Below the pieces are notes generated by a model, which saw only the letters and a program-made list of their open reading frames with translations, searched no databases and was not told where the DNA came from. Shown piece by piece: positions 14,795 through 27,295 of a stretch of DNA of 64,000 bases. How positions within the stretch are numbered: the stretch's first letter is position 1; every line of letters starts with the position of its first letter. The translations under genes and the position numbers were made by a program. Source of the DNA: Octopus vulgaris (taxonomy: Eukaryota); the NCBI GenBank assembly GCA_951406725.2, contig OX597822.1:117986001-118050000 (forward strand). Reading direction: 5' to 3'.

Positions 14795-15361
14795 AGTTCT
14801 AAAAGCAATTATGCCTCACACCAACCTCGTTACGTAAGCATTTTTATGCGTTTTCCAATATTTACAGTGTAGCAACTCATATTAGTAAGTTCCAAAGTTA
14901 ATTAGTCCTTTGGTACGTTTGTTTCATTGTTGACACCAAGATGAAGATGCGTCAGTATAATTTCAATTGGCTAATTTACGTGGCATATCGACGACATTTT
15001 CTTTTTCACTCGCGTACCTGCATATAATATATGTACCGTGCATTCTGTACTGGTTTCACGTCGCTATGTCGTTGCAAGCAGACTTAAACATCATCTTAAT
15101 CGCCAGGTGAATAGACTAGAACAACTTGAAATGAACGATTGCCTGGTGCAGGAAACGAACCCGCGAATTCATAATCCTGTCCGCAATATGTGTAGTATGT
15201 ACTCATCAAAATTGCAGAGTCGTTTGAAAATCGGATGAAATGCATTCCACACGATTGTTTAATGGTTCTGTTGTTATATATCTATGTAAGTATGTATGTA
15301 TATATATATATGTGTGTATATATATATATATACGAGAAAGAAGCAACAAGAATGGATTAGT

Positions 15362-15452
15362 TTTTAGTACAATTGTTTCATACAAAGACAAGCTTTATTA
15401 AAAGTTGCAAATATTGCAGCAGATAAAAGTGTCCCGTACTCATCAGCTAAAA
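15362..15452 (-). ncRNA. Type-I hammerhead ribozyme motif (antisense copy)
   Basis: Reverse complement of 16448-16538, with an intact core. Confidence 0.8.
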
Positions 15453-16447
15453 CACATATGAATTCTCCAAACATCTTAGTGGGTGAGGCTACACTCATGA
15501 AGTATTGGAGATAATTTCATTAAAAGCAGATTTAGGTTGTAAACAGACTTCCGAAGTTCTTTAATGATGATGCACAGTCTTATCACAGGTTTTTAAAAAA
15601 GCTTATTAGCTTCACAGAGAAGGTGAATTAATCCGTAGTGTAGATGTAAATTTCCAGAGATATGAGGAGGAATTTCATACTCACAGACGATGAATTTATC
15701 CATGGTTAATCCATAATGAGGTGGGTATAATTTCATGCTATATGATAAGGTATTTGTCACATTACTGTTCTCTTCACAAGACTGCTATGTTATGACTTCT
15801 AAAAGCTGAAGGATTTTTTTGTGGAGCAAAGAAAAGAAAAGAAAGGAAAGAGAAGAAAAGAGACAAGGAAAAGGAAAAAAGAAAAAGAAAAAAGAAAAAA
15901 GAAAAAGGAAAAGAAAAAAGAAAAAAAAACGGGAGAAGAAAAGAAAAAAGAAAAAGAAAAAAAGAAAAAAGGGAAAGAAGGGAGAAAAGAAAAACGCCCA
16001 CATAGAGTATACTGTGACAACTGAGAGGGAAAAGGGGTCGCAGGTGACCAACTACACAGAAGAATTTGTAGACGGCCTGGCTGGCTTCGAAATTTGCAGG
16101 AATCTAAGAACTATAAGGAGAATATTATTTTTGACCAATAAACAGCTATTTATTGCCAACCTGGCGTAGCTGAAAGCAGATATGAGAATCTAAAAAGATA
16201 ACAAGGTCAGGGATAGAGGGGTCAAAGGCTATCATCAAAAGGAAATACATTAACAGAAAAAAATAAGTGCAATCCTAACAAGAGGTCATTTAAATTTATT
16301 TATTTATTTATTACTGTTACTGTCTTAAATTGTTGCTGTTACTATCTATACATTGACAGACTACAGGTCAATAGTTTACAAGGTGTGAGGGAATTGCCTA
16401 TTATACTGAAATTTCACCTACTAAGATGTTTGGAGAACTCATATGTG

Positions 16448-16538
16448 TTTTAGCTGATGAGTACGGGACACTTTTATCTGCTGCAATATTTGCAACTTTT
16501 AATAAAGCCTGTCTTTGTATGAAACAATTGTACTAAAA
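16448..16538 (+). ncRNA. Type-I hammerhead ribozyme motif with long stem II and minimal palindromic stem III
   Basis: ttttag-CTGATGA(16454-16460)-gtacgggaca...tgtctttgtat-GAAA(16521-16524)-CAATTG-TA^-ctaaaa. Stem I is ttttag/ctaaaa; predicted cleavage is after 16532 (GUA). Confidence 0.85.
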
Positions 16539-16681
16539 ACTAATCCATTCTTGTTGCTTCTTTCTCGTTTATAATCACCTCACATTACTGTATGGTTAAC
16601 ACCATATAGTTTTCTGGTGCATCTAAGTTATACTGCATTCAAGTAAATTCATTAGAATTGACTTGAATCTTAATTGCTTTT

Positions 16682-16777
<96 letters not shown>

Positions 16778-16920
16778 ATTGTGTATAGAAGAATATTTTA
16801 ATAAAAGGAATTCCAGTCTTGTCTGATTTTCACGTTTTATTTACAATCTTATAATGATATAAGATAATATAATATAATAAAATAAAATAAAATAATAGAA
16901 TGTTAAATGTTCATTCTGAT

Positions 16921-16964
16921 TGAACTAGTACTTTCATGCATTAAATTCTGCATCTTCAGGTTCA
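16921..16964 (-). ncRNA. Minimal hammerhead motif (antisense arm)
   Basis: Minus strand reads tgaac-CTGAAGA-tgca gaatttaa tgcat-GAAA-gtac-TA-gttca. Confidence 0.65.
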
Positions 16965-17037
16965 TGTAGTGGTACAGTCATGCTTCACAATTTTTGACTG
17001 TCAAAAACTGTGAAGCATGACTGTCACCACTACTACA

Positions 17038-17082
17038 TGAACCTGAAGATTGCAGAATTTAATGCATGAAAGTACTAGTTCA
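17038..17082 (+). ncRNA. Minimal type-I hammerhead ribozyme motif
   Basis: tgaac-CTGAAGA(17043-17049)-ttgca gaatttaa tgcat-GAAA-GTAC-TA^-gttca. Stem I is tgaac/gttca; AGTACT is palindromic; U-U at the base of stem II. Confidence 0.75.
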
Positions 17083-17200
17083 ATCAGAATGAACATTTAA
17101 CATTCTATTATTTTATTTTATTTTATTATATTATATTATATTATATCATTATAAGATTGTAAATAAAACGTGAAAATCAGACAAGGCTGGATTCCTTTTA

Positions 17201-17245
<45 letters not shown>

Positions 17246-17261
17246 GTATTTCTTTTATCTT

Positions 17262-17600
17262 TTCCTTTTATCATTAGACTGTGGTCATACTGAGGCATTG
17301 CCTTTAAGAGTTTTTATTCGAATAAGTCGACCTGGGTACTTGTTTTATTTTAAGCCTGCTACATATTTTATCAGTCTCATTTGCCTAACTGCTCGTTTAA
17401 TTAGACGTACACACACCAACAGCGAACATCAAATGGTGGTGGTGGTGGTGGTGGTGGTTGTGGTGGGAGACAAACACAAACACAAAAATCACACACTCAC
17501 ACACACGTATATATGCATAAATATAAACGTGTGTGTGTATGTGCGCGCGCAGGAGGGACTTCTTACAGTTTACGTCTATGAAATCCATTCACAAGACTTT
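17262..17600 (-). mobile_element. SINE family A, decayed
   Basis: cattagactgtggtcatactgaggca...cagtttacgtctatgaaatccattcacaag matches family A in reverse. Confidence 0.75.
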
Positions 17601-17899
17601 TGCCATATATAGCTTACTATGATAATATGAACCCTTTTTAGTTCAGATATATTTGATGTCGTTACGGTTTCAAAACATATGAAGATCAGAATAACCAGAA
17701 TTTGGAAGAAATGGTTTAGTCAAAATCAGCAAGGCATAATGGAAACAATACACGAAGCATCGTTTTGTGCTGTAATTATGGTCGTGTTGTGATCGAATCA
17801 TCGTAATACATAGAAATCAAGTTTCGTTTTTGAACGAATAAAACAATTTGAAAAAAACTTTTCTGCTAATACTAAAAGGAATATAAAACCTTGACTCCA

Positions 17900-19260
17900 A
17901 AGTATTCAGTGATGTTTTGCATTGGGAAGCCACAATCAATATAATTCATAAACTGAGACAAGTTCCTATGTTGCAACTGGGTGTGAATTTGGGGCTTTCA
18001 AACATGGCCCTTCCTCAGTTTTCTTCACAGCTTCCCAAATCTTTTATTTCTATGAAATCTCAACATCTCAGAATCAGCTCCCTCACGGGCGTTGAATTGT
18101 ATTTTATATTATAAATGTTACTTTGATAATATAAAGGTACAATTATTGGCAGATAATGTATCTATTAATAGATACTGCCAAACAGATATTGTAAAGAAAA
18201 CATTGGCAGATATTACGAAAAGAATATAGACAGATATTGTTAAATACTTACTGACAAATATTGATAGATATTGATAAAATTAACTTGGTTGTATCAGAGC
18301 ATTGAAAATAATTTCAGTCGTCACATGATTATTGGTTGTCTTCTGTTACATTTCCATATAAGGCAAGGTTCTGAGAAAACGTCCTCCTGAGAAACCCAAG
18401 AATGAGAACGTGCGTAATAATTTCGATTACTAGATACAGGCCTACTGTGTAAATGGCGAAGATCAGTCAGTTAAAATCATTTAAAGCTTCTAGAATGTTA
18501 CGAGCTAAGCTCGACCTCTGAAAGTATCAGCATTGAAACCCACCATTTATACCGGCCTAGTTTTGAAAACGTGTTTCAAAAGCAGATAAATCCATTCTTT
18601 TGAACTCCAAGTTCTACTATTGCGGTAGTGCGTATTGATGTATTTCTCGTCCTCTGAGTTCAATTATGTATCCTCTTCAAAAGATATATAGTGAATTAGT
18701 TTTACCACGCTGATTGATTATATGCAATGAATAGCATTATTATTGTTGTTGTTTTTCATCGAGTCAGCCTTAACTGATCTGACTTATAGAAATATCGTTA
18801 AAATGAGTTCTCAGATATACAATATGGTAGTCGTCTATTAGACAAGAGAAATAAATTCTGTATGACAACAAATATCAAATATGCATTTCCTAATGGATGC
18901 GTTCTTTCTTTAATTAAATATATCAAACCACTCCTAAATATGCCCCTTGAGCCATAGAAACGAAGAGTAATATTAATATAATAATTGTGTGCTACTAAAC
19001 TAGATCATCAGATGCAGTCAGCGTAGTTTTTATAGAAATGCATTTCAAAAGAATTGGAGCTAATGGTAAATTTATAGTAAATAATCAATCAATATTTTAC
19101 ATGGGAAATCAACGAGTATGTTTCCTGTCTCATGAGTTGTGAGTTCAGAGTTCAATAACGATGAAGGCTCTGAAGTCACCAACATGGGACACGAAACACG
19201 AAACTACATAGAGGAACTAGTTATATTGTTGTTCACAGCAATGAAAGTAATATCTCATAA
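17900..19260 (+). pseudogene. Possible highly decayed Penelope-like element (RT thumb and GIY-YIG remnants)
   Basis: Scattered frameshifted motifs occur in Penelope order: ISRPLSSI, CPL...IIV, FKR, TWEI, ELVI.CC. Read by eye only. Confidence 0.3.
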
Positions 19261-19862
19261 TATCATAATAGAATATTATGAAATACAAATACATGTGTAT
19301 ATAAAATGCACCGTAAACGTAAGTCTCCAAAATTGTAGGGTATGGGAAAATGGTGATTCTATAGAACACCACTTTATACAGATAGTGGGTTTAAGACAAA
19401 TCTTCGACGTATTCTCTTCAAAGTTCATTGCGTTAAAATATCTCTTATCATTTCTGATACACGAAAATATATTACAGACGAAAATGAAGAAACTATTCAA
19501 ATAGATTTGGAAATAGAGATAACAGAATTCGTGCATTAAAAATAGAAAGAAAAAAAAACTATAATGGATACAATGAGAATGTTAACAAAAGATACCACAA
19601 AACTACATAAGTTACAAAATAGACCGAAAGTACTATATATAACACAAACTGAACATAGAGTACACAGAATAAATTTTTAAAAAAGACAATGCAAAAGAAA
19701 CTGCTTGTATCACTGATAGGAAAGTTTCTATTGCAGTCAAAGAACGCAATGAAATCGATTTTTGAAGTAATAGAAAATATGTATTTCTCTAAAAATTACA
19801 GGACTCTCTGGCTCTGGAGCTATTGCGGCAGAGGCTAGAGATGCTTAGACACATTCTGAACA

Positions 19863-20040
19863 AACAACCGATGCTGGTGTGTATACGTCCCCGTAACTTA
19901 GCGGTTCGGGAAAAGAGACCGATAGAATAAGTACTAGGCTTACAAAGAATAAGTCCTGGGGTCGATTTGCTCGACTAAAAGCGGTGCTCCAGCATGGCCA
20001 TATTCAAATGACTGAAACATGTAAAAGAGTAAAAGAGTAA
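19863..20040 (+). mobile_element. SINE family A, 3' half
   Basis: acaaccgatgctggtgtg...gcggtgctccagcatggcc...gactgaaac, followed by a (taaaagag)n tail. Confidence 0.9.
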
Positions 20041-20559
20041 ACAGTTTCGCAAGGGAAACGTGTAGGCATATACACACGCCGATCTCATCATGATATTATT
20101 TTAGGCACAGGAGCTGAAACTTTGAGCAAGAGGATTAGGGTTAGTTGGTTCTTAAATCATTGAAGTCGAAACGATTAAATGCAAAGTTGAACTGAGGGGA
20201 TTATGAAAATACAACGACAAACCAGAAGAAATGCTTGTAAGCATTTGTCCGGTGTGGTAACAATTCATTCTGTTAGCTTGTGGCCTTGCGCTGGATTTTA
20301 ATGATGTAACAGCAGTATGTGTTAAGGTATTCTATTGCACAATGCTTTTGTAGACTATGTGTTGTGATATTGTACTGGGTAGTTGTTGCTAACATATGCA
20401 TTATATGCAGAGAGTTACTAATTATGTCATGCTATAGAACTTGAAGTATTTTGCATGGAGTGGATACTGCAGCTAGTAAGGCTATCTTTTGCACAGTATA
20501 TAACACTCAGAATTCTTAAATAGTTTTATGTCTATTTATGTCAGTTAGTATTGGTATAA

Positions 20560-20880
20560 TAATATTAAATTTTATAACACACACCCTGCTTGTTTCAGTC
20601 TGTAGCTCAAAGCACATATTTAGTTTCTCCATGACATGACTGCCAACACGATTCTGTCTCAGAGTTGGTCAGGTCTGAGCAGTTGAGAATAGTATCGTGT
20701 CGTTGCACTGGTTATATTGTCTGCATCTGATATTAACATTCTTGTTTGGTACTTTCTGTATGTAATCATTCGTAGACAGGCATTGCTCCTGGGAAGCTAA
20801 TATCAAACTTTCTAGTTCCAATTTTACTCAAGAGTTTGTGAGCCATTGTTGGCTCAACTCTCGCTAAATTCATCTTTGTC
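20560..20880 (-). mobile_element. R4/Dong fragment (post-RT and CCHC zinc-knuckle region), decayed
   Basis: Minus-strand translation ELSQQWLTNS*VKLELESLILASQEQCLSTNDY...CRQ...C matches the S..WL...LK.ETE..I.AAQ.Q.L.T pattern. Confidence 0.6.
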
Positions 20881-20984
20881 CATATTCTTTTTTTTTTTTT
20901 TTGTATATTTGTGGAATTCGTTTTGAATATACCCTGAGTTGATCACTTTGAGCCAGAGGGAAAGGGTTGATTCATGCAGCCTAA

Positions 20985-21380
20985 ACATCCCTCTTCAAAA
21001 AGGTTACTCGATCAGTGGAGAGTATTATGCCAAATTACTGAGGCTCTCAAGACCAAACACCCAGGAAAACTTACGAAATAGCTCTTGTTTAAATCAGAAC
21101 ACAGCTCCAACAGACGAGTCTTTGGTTTCAATGGCTGCTGTGGGTGACTGTGACTTTGAACTGGTTGATCACTCTCTCTATTCTCCTGATTTGGCTCCAT
21201 CTGAATGTCATCTGTTCCCCAAAATAAAAATACCCACTTGCTTTGGAACCAGTATCACATATCTGGTGTTGATGACTTTCTCGACCACCAAGATGAAGGC
21301 TTCTTCACCAATGGGATCAAAGCACTGGATCATCGATGGAAGAATTGTATGGACATTAAGGAAGACTATATTGAAAATAA
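20985..21380 (+). mobile_element. Mariner (Tc1/mariner, DD34D-type) transposase C-terminal pseudogene
   Basis: LQKG.SISGEYYAKLL...HSLYSPDLAPSECHLFPKIK, then frameshifted DDFLDHQDEGFFTNGIKALDHRWKNCMDIKEDYIE. YSPDLAPS is the mariner signature. Confidence 0.9.
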
Positions 21381-21699
21381 CCGTCATTGGGTCATATTCC
21401 ATGAGAGTAACTTGGTCATCCTATGAACTTCACAGCTGATACTCAGAGGTTTTTTCGTAGCGGCTCAAATTGAGTATTCTGTTGATGAATGAAGTCTCAA
21501 TATAGAATTGAAATGATTTCACCTCATCCATCATTCTCTCTTCACAAATATAATGTATATACAGACACGATGTTCACTTCTGCCCTAGAGATGCAAGTAT
21601 CGTGTCTTTATATGCAATGCTAGCAAAAATCTAAATATATATGATGAAGTGAAGTACAGTAACATATATATACTATCTATATATCTATCTATCTATCTA

Positions 21700-21755
<56 letters not shown>

Positions 21756-21759
<4 letters not shown>

Positions 21760-22053
21760 CAGGGATACCTGGCGTTGCTTGGGATTAAAATGGCGTACCC
21801 TTTTATTGTTTTACTTGCTTCAGTCACGTGACTGCAGCCATACTGTAGCACTGCCTTTAGTCGGAAAAATCGACCCCAGAATTTCTTCGTTGTAAACCTA
21901 GTACTTATTCTATCAGTGTCTTTTACCGAGCCACTGAGATATGGGCACGTAAACATAGCAACATCGGTTGTCAACCGATGACAGGGGTACAGACATACGC
22001 ACCCACATTCACATATATACGACAGTATATATAAGGTTTTGGTCGGTCTCAGG

Positions 22054-22091
<38 letters not shown>

Positions 22092-22108
22092 GAGAGAGAG
22101 AGAGATAC

Positions 22109-22161
<53 letters not shown>

Positions 22162-22242
22162 TATATACATATATAATATATATATACAAATATAGATACA
22201 AAGATATAAATATATACATACACACACACACACACTCTCACA

Positions 22243-22287
<45 letters not shown>

Positions 22288-22678
22288 GTAGAAACATGAA
22301 TATATATACATAGTGAAACTAATAGATATCTGTATAGAAACATATGTATATATATATATATATATATATTCATTGTATAACTAACAGAAATGAAACTATT
22401 AAAAGTGAAACTATTGAAAGTGAAACCATATAAAAGTGAATCTTATATATCACATTACAATAGAGATGTTATTGTTTCACTTTTGACACGTAATACCGAA
22501 ACCGTGTTAGAGATTGCTCCGGGCTCGCATTAGGGAAGAAGTTGAAACTGTTTGTAAGTAAGGCTTGTGTAAAATTTGCATGACATAGTTTGGGTAGTTC
22601 TCGTGTTTTAGTGATGCACACATACACATAGACACACAGACACACACACAAATTCTCAGTTTTATATATAGATATAGA
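21756..22678 (-). mobile_element. Non-autonomous Helitron interrupted by a SINE A copy (21800-22052) and microsatellites
   Basis: Minus-strand 5' end a|tctatatctatatataaaactgagaatttgtgtg; 3' hairpin cccaagcaacgccagg followed by ctgCTAA (decayed CTAG). Confidence 0.6.
21800..22052 (-). mobile_element. SINE family A
   Basis: ttttacttgcttcagtcacgtgactgcagccatactg...ggtcggtctcaggctata. Confidence 0.85.
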
Positions 22679-23074
22679 TATATGTGTGTGTATCTGTCTG
22701 TCTGTTCGTATGTATGCTTATATATGAGTTACTTTACTTCATTCCATAATATGTCTTTATATTTATATGTCTGTGTATGTGTATGCACATATAAATGCTC
22801 TTTCTTCCCACTTACTCAGCCTTCCCTCCTACCCTTGCATAAATTCTACCCACCCCTAGCTACCCATCTGTATCTCAGATCGCTCAGTCACCTCACTCTA
22901 TGCCCATCTCCTTACACTTTTACCCTCCTATACGTGCACACAACGTACCACCTCTTTCTCTCGTCCTAAATCTTTCCCATAGAACTGCATTCCTACATGC
23001 CTTCTAAACTTTGCCTTATTTCCTTCTCTCTCTTCTTTGTCCTTCCCTCTTTTCCGACAACTTTCCAACATTTC

Positions 23075-23200
23075 GTGTTCCTGATGAAGAAATAACATCT
23101 GATACGTCAACTATCTTTCTCTTTCCTCCCAAGCGTTAGACATATGCGAAAACGTAACCCTCTTGTTCTGTATTTTCGTGATTTTTTCTGTTTATCATAT
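23075..23200 (+). mobile_element. Decayed Penelope-type terminal repeat with a hammerhead relic
   Basis: CTGATGAagaaataacatctGATAcgtc (GAAA mutated), followed by a pyrimidine-rich tail similar to 43735-43860. Confidence 0.4.
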
Positions 23201-23258
23201 GAGTGCGTGTACGCGCTTTATCTATGAAAATTATGATAATACATACATATACATATAC

Positions 23259-24900
23259 AAGCTCTCCATGCACTCGGCTGCGGGGCCTGACGGTTTCAAT
23301 GCCATGATACTTAAAAACTGCAAGGTACAATTGTCGAAACCCCTTTACATGATATGGAGGGAATCTATGGAGAATGGCAAAATACCAAATACATATAAAG
23401 AAGCACACATAACTCCAATACATAAAGGGGACAGCAAATCAAAACCAAAGAACTACCGACCAATCTCACTGACATCACACATTATCAAGGTCTTCGAAAG
23501 AATAGTTCGTGGAAAACTGGTTGAGTTCCTGGAATCCAACAATCTGATGAATTGCAACCAGCATGGATTCAGGTTAGGTAGATCATGCCTTTCCCAACTA
23601 CTGGCACACCATGACCAAATCCTAGAAAATCTAGAGAATGGATACAACACAGATGTTATCTACCTCGACTTTGCCAAGGCATTTGACAAGGTAGATCATG
23701 GCATCCTGGGTCACAAACTTCGAAAGCTAGGAGTAGGAGGAAAAGTTGGTACATGGATACATGAGTTCCTTACAAATAGAACTCAAACAGTCACTGTGAA
23801 TGGAACCCATTCAACACCATCACCTGTGACCAGCAGTGTTCCTCAGGGTACAGTACTCGGCCCAATCCTGTTTCTCATCCTCATCTCTGACATAGATGAA
23901 GATACAACCAGCAACGTCTCATCCTTTGCTGATGACACCAGGGTCATGAGACAAATCAAAGACGAGGTGGATACAGAGGCCTTACAAAAGGACCTGACCA
24001 CCATATATAAATGGCAGGAAACAAACAACATGTTGTTCAATGATAAGAAGTTTGAACTAATTCGCTACGGAACAGATCAAGATCTGAAAAATACAACAAA
24101 CTACAGAAACCCATCAGGACAACAAATAATGGAAAAACAGTATGTGAAAGATTTAGGCATCCACATGGGAACCAACCTAAAATTCAGAGAACACCTTGAC
24201 TCAGTCTGTCTTACTGCAGGAAAGTACAGCGGGTGGATCTTGCGCACCTTCAAATCAAGAGATACCTCAACAATGAAAACCCTCTGGAACAGTATGATAC
24301 TTCCGAGGATTGACTACTGTTCTCAGTGGTGGTCACCAACAACAAAGGGCCAACTATCTAAGATAGAATCGCTCCAAAGAAATTTTACCTCATACTTCTC
24401 AGAAACGAGGGACCTGGACTATTGGCAAAGACTCAAAACCTTGAGGATGTACTCAATAGAAAGAAGATTTGAGCGATACCGAATTATATACATTTGGAAA
24501 ATGACAGAGCAGAAGGTGCCAAACTTTGGTATCAAAACCTACCACTCACTGCGCCACGGAAGACGCTGCCAGCTGCCACCAATCAACAAAAAGGCTGGCC
24601 AGGCAGCAAAAACCCTGCGAGAATCAAGTCTGTTGGTTCGAGGAGCGCAACTGTTCAACTCCATTCCGGTACATGTCAGAAATCTATCAGGATGCAGTGT
24701 GGAATCATTCAAATTGCAACTGGATAGATACTTAAGCACCATTAGAGATGAACCCCATCTCCCAGGATATACACAACGAGCACAAACTGACTCAAACTCG
24801 CTCCTACACATGTCAAAATTAAGCAGAGAATACAACCTGGCAACCACACCAGACTCTGAGGGTGGAGCATGGACTCAAACCCAAATGAAATGAAATGAAA
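23259..24900 (+). mobile_element. 5'-truncated CR1-group LINE with an uninterrupted RT ORF
   Basis: SAAGPDG, NYRPISLTS, QHGFR, YLDFAKAFDKVDH, VPQGTVLGPILF, FADDT and YCSQWWSP motifs. No stops over ~545 codons. (AAATG)n tail. The first ~32 aa of ORF 23163 come from flanking DNA. Confidence 0.95.
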
Positions 24901-24975
24901 TACATGTATTATTATACATTAAATATATGTATATATGTATGCATGCCTATTCGTACCTATATATATATATGTATA

Positions 24976-25198
24976 TCTCTCTTTTACTCTCTCTTTTACT
25001 TGTTTCAGTCATTTGACTGCGGCCATGCTGGAGCACCGCCTTTAGTCGAGCAAATCGACCCCGGGACTTATTCTTTGTAAGCCCAGTACTTATTATATCG
25101 GTCTCTTTGGCCGAACCGCTAAGTGACGGGGACGTAAACACACCAGCATCAGTTGTCAAGCAATGCTAGGGGACAAACACAGACACGCAAACACTTAT

Positions 25199-25239
<41 letters not shown>

Positions 25240-25404
25240 TACGACAGGCTTCTTTCAGTTTCCGTCTACCAAATCCACTCACAAGGCATTGGTCGGCCTG
25301 AGGCTATAGCAGAAGACACTTACCCAAGATGCCAGGCAGTGGGACTGAACCCGGAACCATGTGGTTGGTTAGCAAGCTACTTACCACACAGCCACTCCTG
25401 CGCC
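24976..25404 (-). mobile_element. SINE family A, full length (tRNA-like head, internal microsatellite, structured tail)
   Basis: Minus strand reads ggcgcaggagtggctgtgtggtaag...ggttcagtccc (A/B boxes)...ggcggtgctccagcatggccgcagtcaaatgactgaaac. Confidence 0.93.
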
Positions 25405-26117
25405 TGTGCATATATACTGGTACGTTCAATAAAGAAATAATATATACTGGTACGTGTAAAGGTGTGATCACACTAAAAGATAGCAAACGCTCAATAACTT
25501 GCTGCATGAATGCTGGCTTTAGAGTAAAATCTTATTAGGAAGTCGAATTGTTAAAAAATTCACGCCATCTCACACATCTGTCACCGTCAGCTGACCTAAT
25601 TTACTTTGAACAAAACAGAGACGGCAAAACTATACAAGAGATATGGATTGAGCTTCAAAATGTACCTGCTGTCTAACTGAATGACATCAGCAGCAGCGGC
25701 AGCGGTAGCAGTGGTGGTGGGAGGTAGGAGGTGAAAGAGGTAGTAGTAGTAGTAGTAGTAGTAGTAGATTGCGTGGTACTGAAGTATGCTTGGAAAATAT
25801 TGGGAAAGTTATTGATTTTCGCTGAATGTAACTGTCAACAACGTTATTGATAGTTCATTTGGGTCAGCTGGGGAGCCTTCTCTATGTAGCCACTTTGCTT
25901 GCTAGAAATAGCAGTCATATGTTTTTTTCAAAGGAAGTATTTAAAAGTTTACTGTAAATAAGAAAGAAGAAATATGTTGAAGGATGAAGTAGTTTTAAAT
26001 ATAGAACATCTGTAATTTATAAAGATTAAAGAAACCAGCGGAGAGAGTGAATATTGAGATACGTGTATGATCGAGACTGGATGGGTTGGTTGAAGGGAAA
26101 CAGCAACAACACCATCA

Positions 26118-26237
26118 ATAGATATACAGTACACTTAGTCTTACAGGGATGGCATGTTCGGAATAAAAAGTTTTGAGAAAAAATAATAGAGTTATTATTT
26201 GTTTCATAATTAAATGTCTTGGGAGTACAAAGAACTT
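26118..26237 (+). repeat. 120-bp direct repeat, copy 1 (copy 2 at 26810-26929)
   Basis: atagatatacagtacacttag...gggagtacaaagaactt; the copies are identical apart from A-run lengths. Confidence 0.95.
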
Positions 26238-26318
26238 TCTCTTACTGCTAGCATAAGCCGTCTTACATACACACACACACACACGCACAAATCTATCTAT
26301 CTATATCTATATCTATAT

Positions 26319-26349
<31 letters not shown>

Positions 26350-26364
<15 letters not shown>

Positions 26365-26738
26365 CTGAAGTTGTCTGTGTGTGGCAGGTTTGGTAGCCTT
26401 CAACTAACATTATCTCCTCCGACACCCTGCGGTGCAAGTTGACCAAAATTGAGAGTATGATAGAAGAAGGCTTTCTCTTCCTTCCGTAGAAGATAAAATT
26501 CAAATCGGAACATGTTAAGGCCAAAAATTATTTACATCAAAAAGGTGCTTTTTTTCTATCAAAATCCCTATTTTTTACGATTTTTTGACTGCTGTGTCGC
26601 CATTTTTCGGTGTATTTCAACCAGAAAAATGTTCACTTAAAGAGAATAACAAGCTACATAATGCAAAAATTTTACTTTTCAAAAATTCCAATTCTAAAGA
26701 GTCGAAACAAACCTGAGCAACGCTGGGCAATACTGCTA
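26350..26738 (+). mobile_element. Non-autonomous Helitron
   Basis: 5' tatataaagctgaagttgtctgtg; 3' hairpin cctgagcaacgctggg followed by caatactgCTA. Same termini as 54861-55256. Confidence 0.75.
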
Positions 26739-26809
26739 TGACTAGGTGGTTAAAGGTGACGGGCTTATGGTCATCGTAGATTCGATTCTAGGAGCCCATG
26801 CCGTTTGTC

Positions 26810-26929
26810 ATAGATATACAGTACACTTAGTCTTACAGGGATGGCATGTTCGGAATAAAAGTTTTGAGAAAAAAATAATAGAGTTATTATTTGTTTCATA
26901 ATTAAATGTCTTGGGAGTACAAAGAACTT
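26810..26929 (+). repeat. 120-bp direct repeat, copy 2
   Basis: See copy 1. Confidence 0.95.
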
Positions 26930-27139
26930 GCCAAGCTATATTTGCAACTTCGTACTGAACAAACTGTAAAGAGGATTTGTTAATAGCGGATCAGTGTTTT
27001 TACTGTATATTGATTTACTACCTTCATTTTACCGACATTGCCTCAACAGTTACGCGGCATGTCATACAAGTCGGTCTGTCAATCGAAATCAAGTTCTTGC
27101 GATCTAGAGTGCAACACTCTAACCACAAGGCCACGCACC

Positions 27140-27203
<64 letters not shown>

Positions 27204-27222
27204 TAGATAGATAGATATAGAT

Positions 27223-27295
<73 letters not shown>

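Larger units (their letters stand above)
15332..16686. mobile_element. Hammerhead-bearing fold-back element 1 (Penelope-like or retrozyme-like, non-autonomous)
   Basis: 155-bp inverted arms at 15332-15486 and 16414-16568 (3 mismatches counted). Purine-rich spacer. (TA)n on both flanks. Confidence 0.75.
16798..17204. mobile_element. Hammerhead-bearing fold-back element 2 (~407-bp near-perfect palindrome)
   Basis: Arms are symmetric about T16999 (tttttgac-t-gtcaaaaa) with few indels; flanked by (TA)n. Confidence 0.85.

Noticed and set aside
15819-16169. Lys/Arg-rich ORF
   Set aside because: Low-complexity A/G tract within the spacer of the fold-back element.
23163-23258. N-terminus of the 576-aa ORF as a host gene
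   Set aside because: It is flanking DNA and microsatellite fused in frame to a truncated LINE RT.
25330-25404. tRNA gene (also the heads at 33127, 42890 and 45359)
   Set aside because: The A/B boxes continue into repeated SINE bodies, and there is no full cloverleaf.
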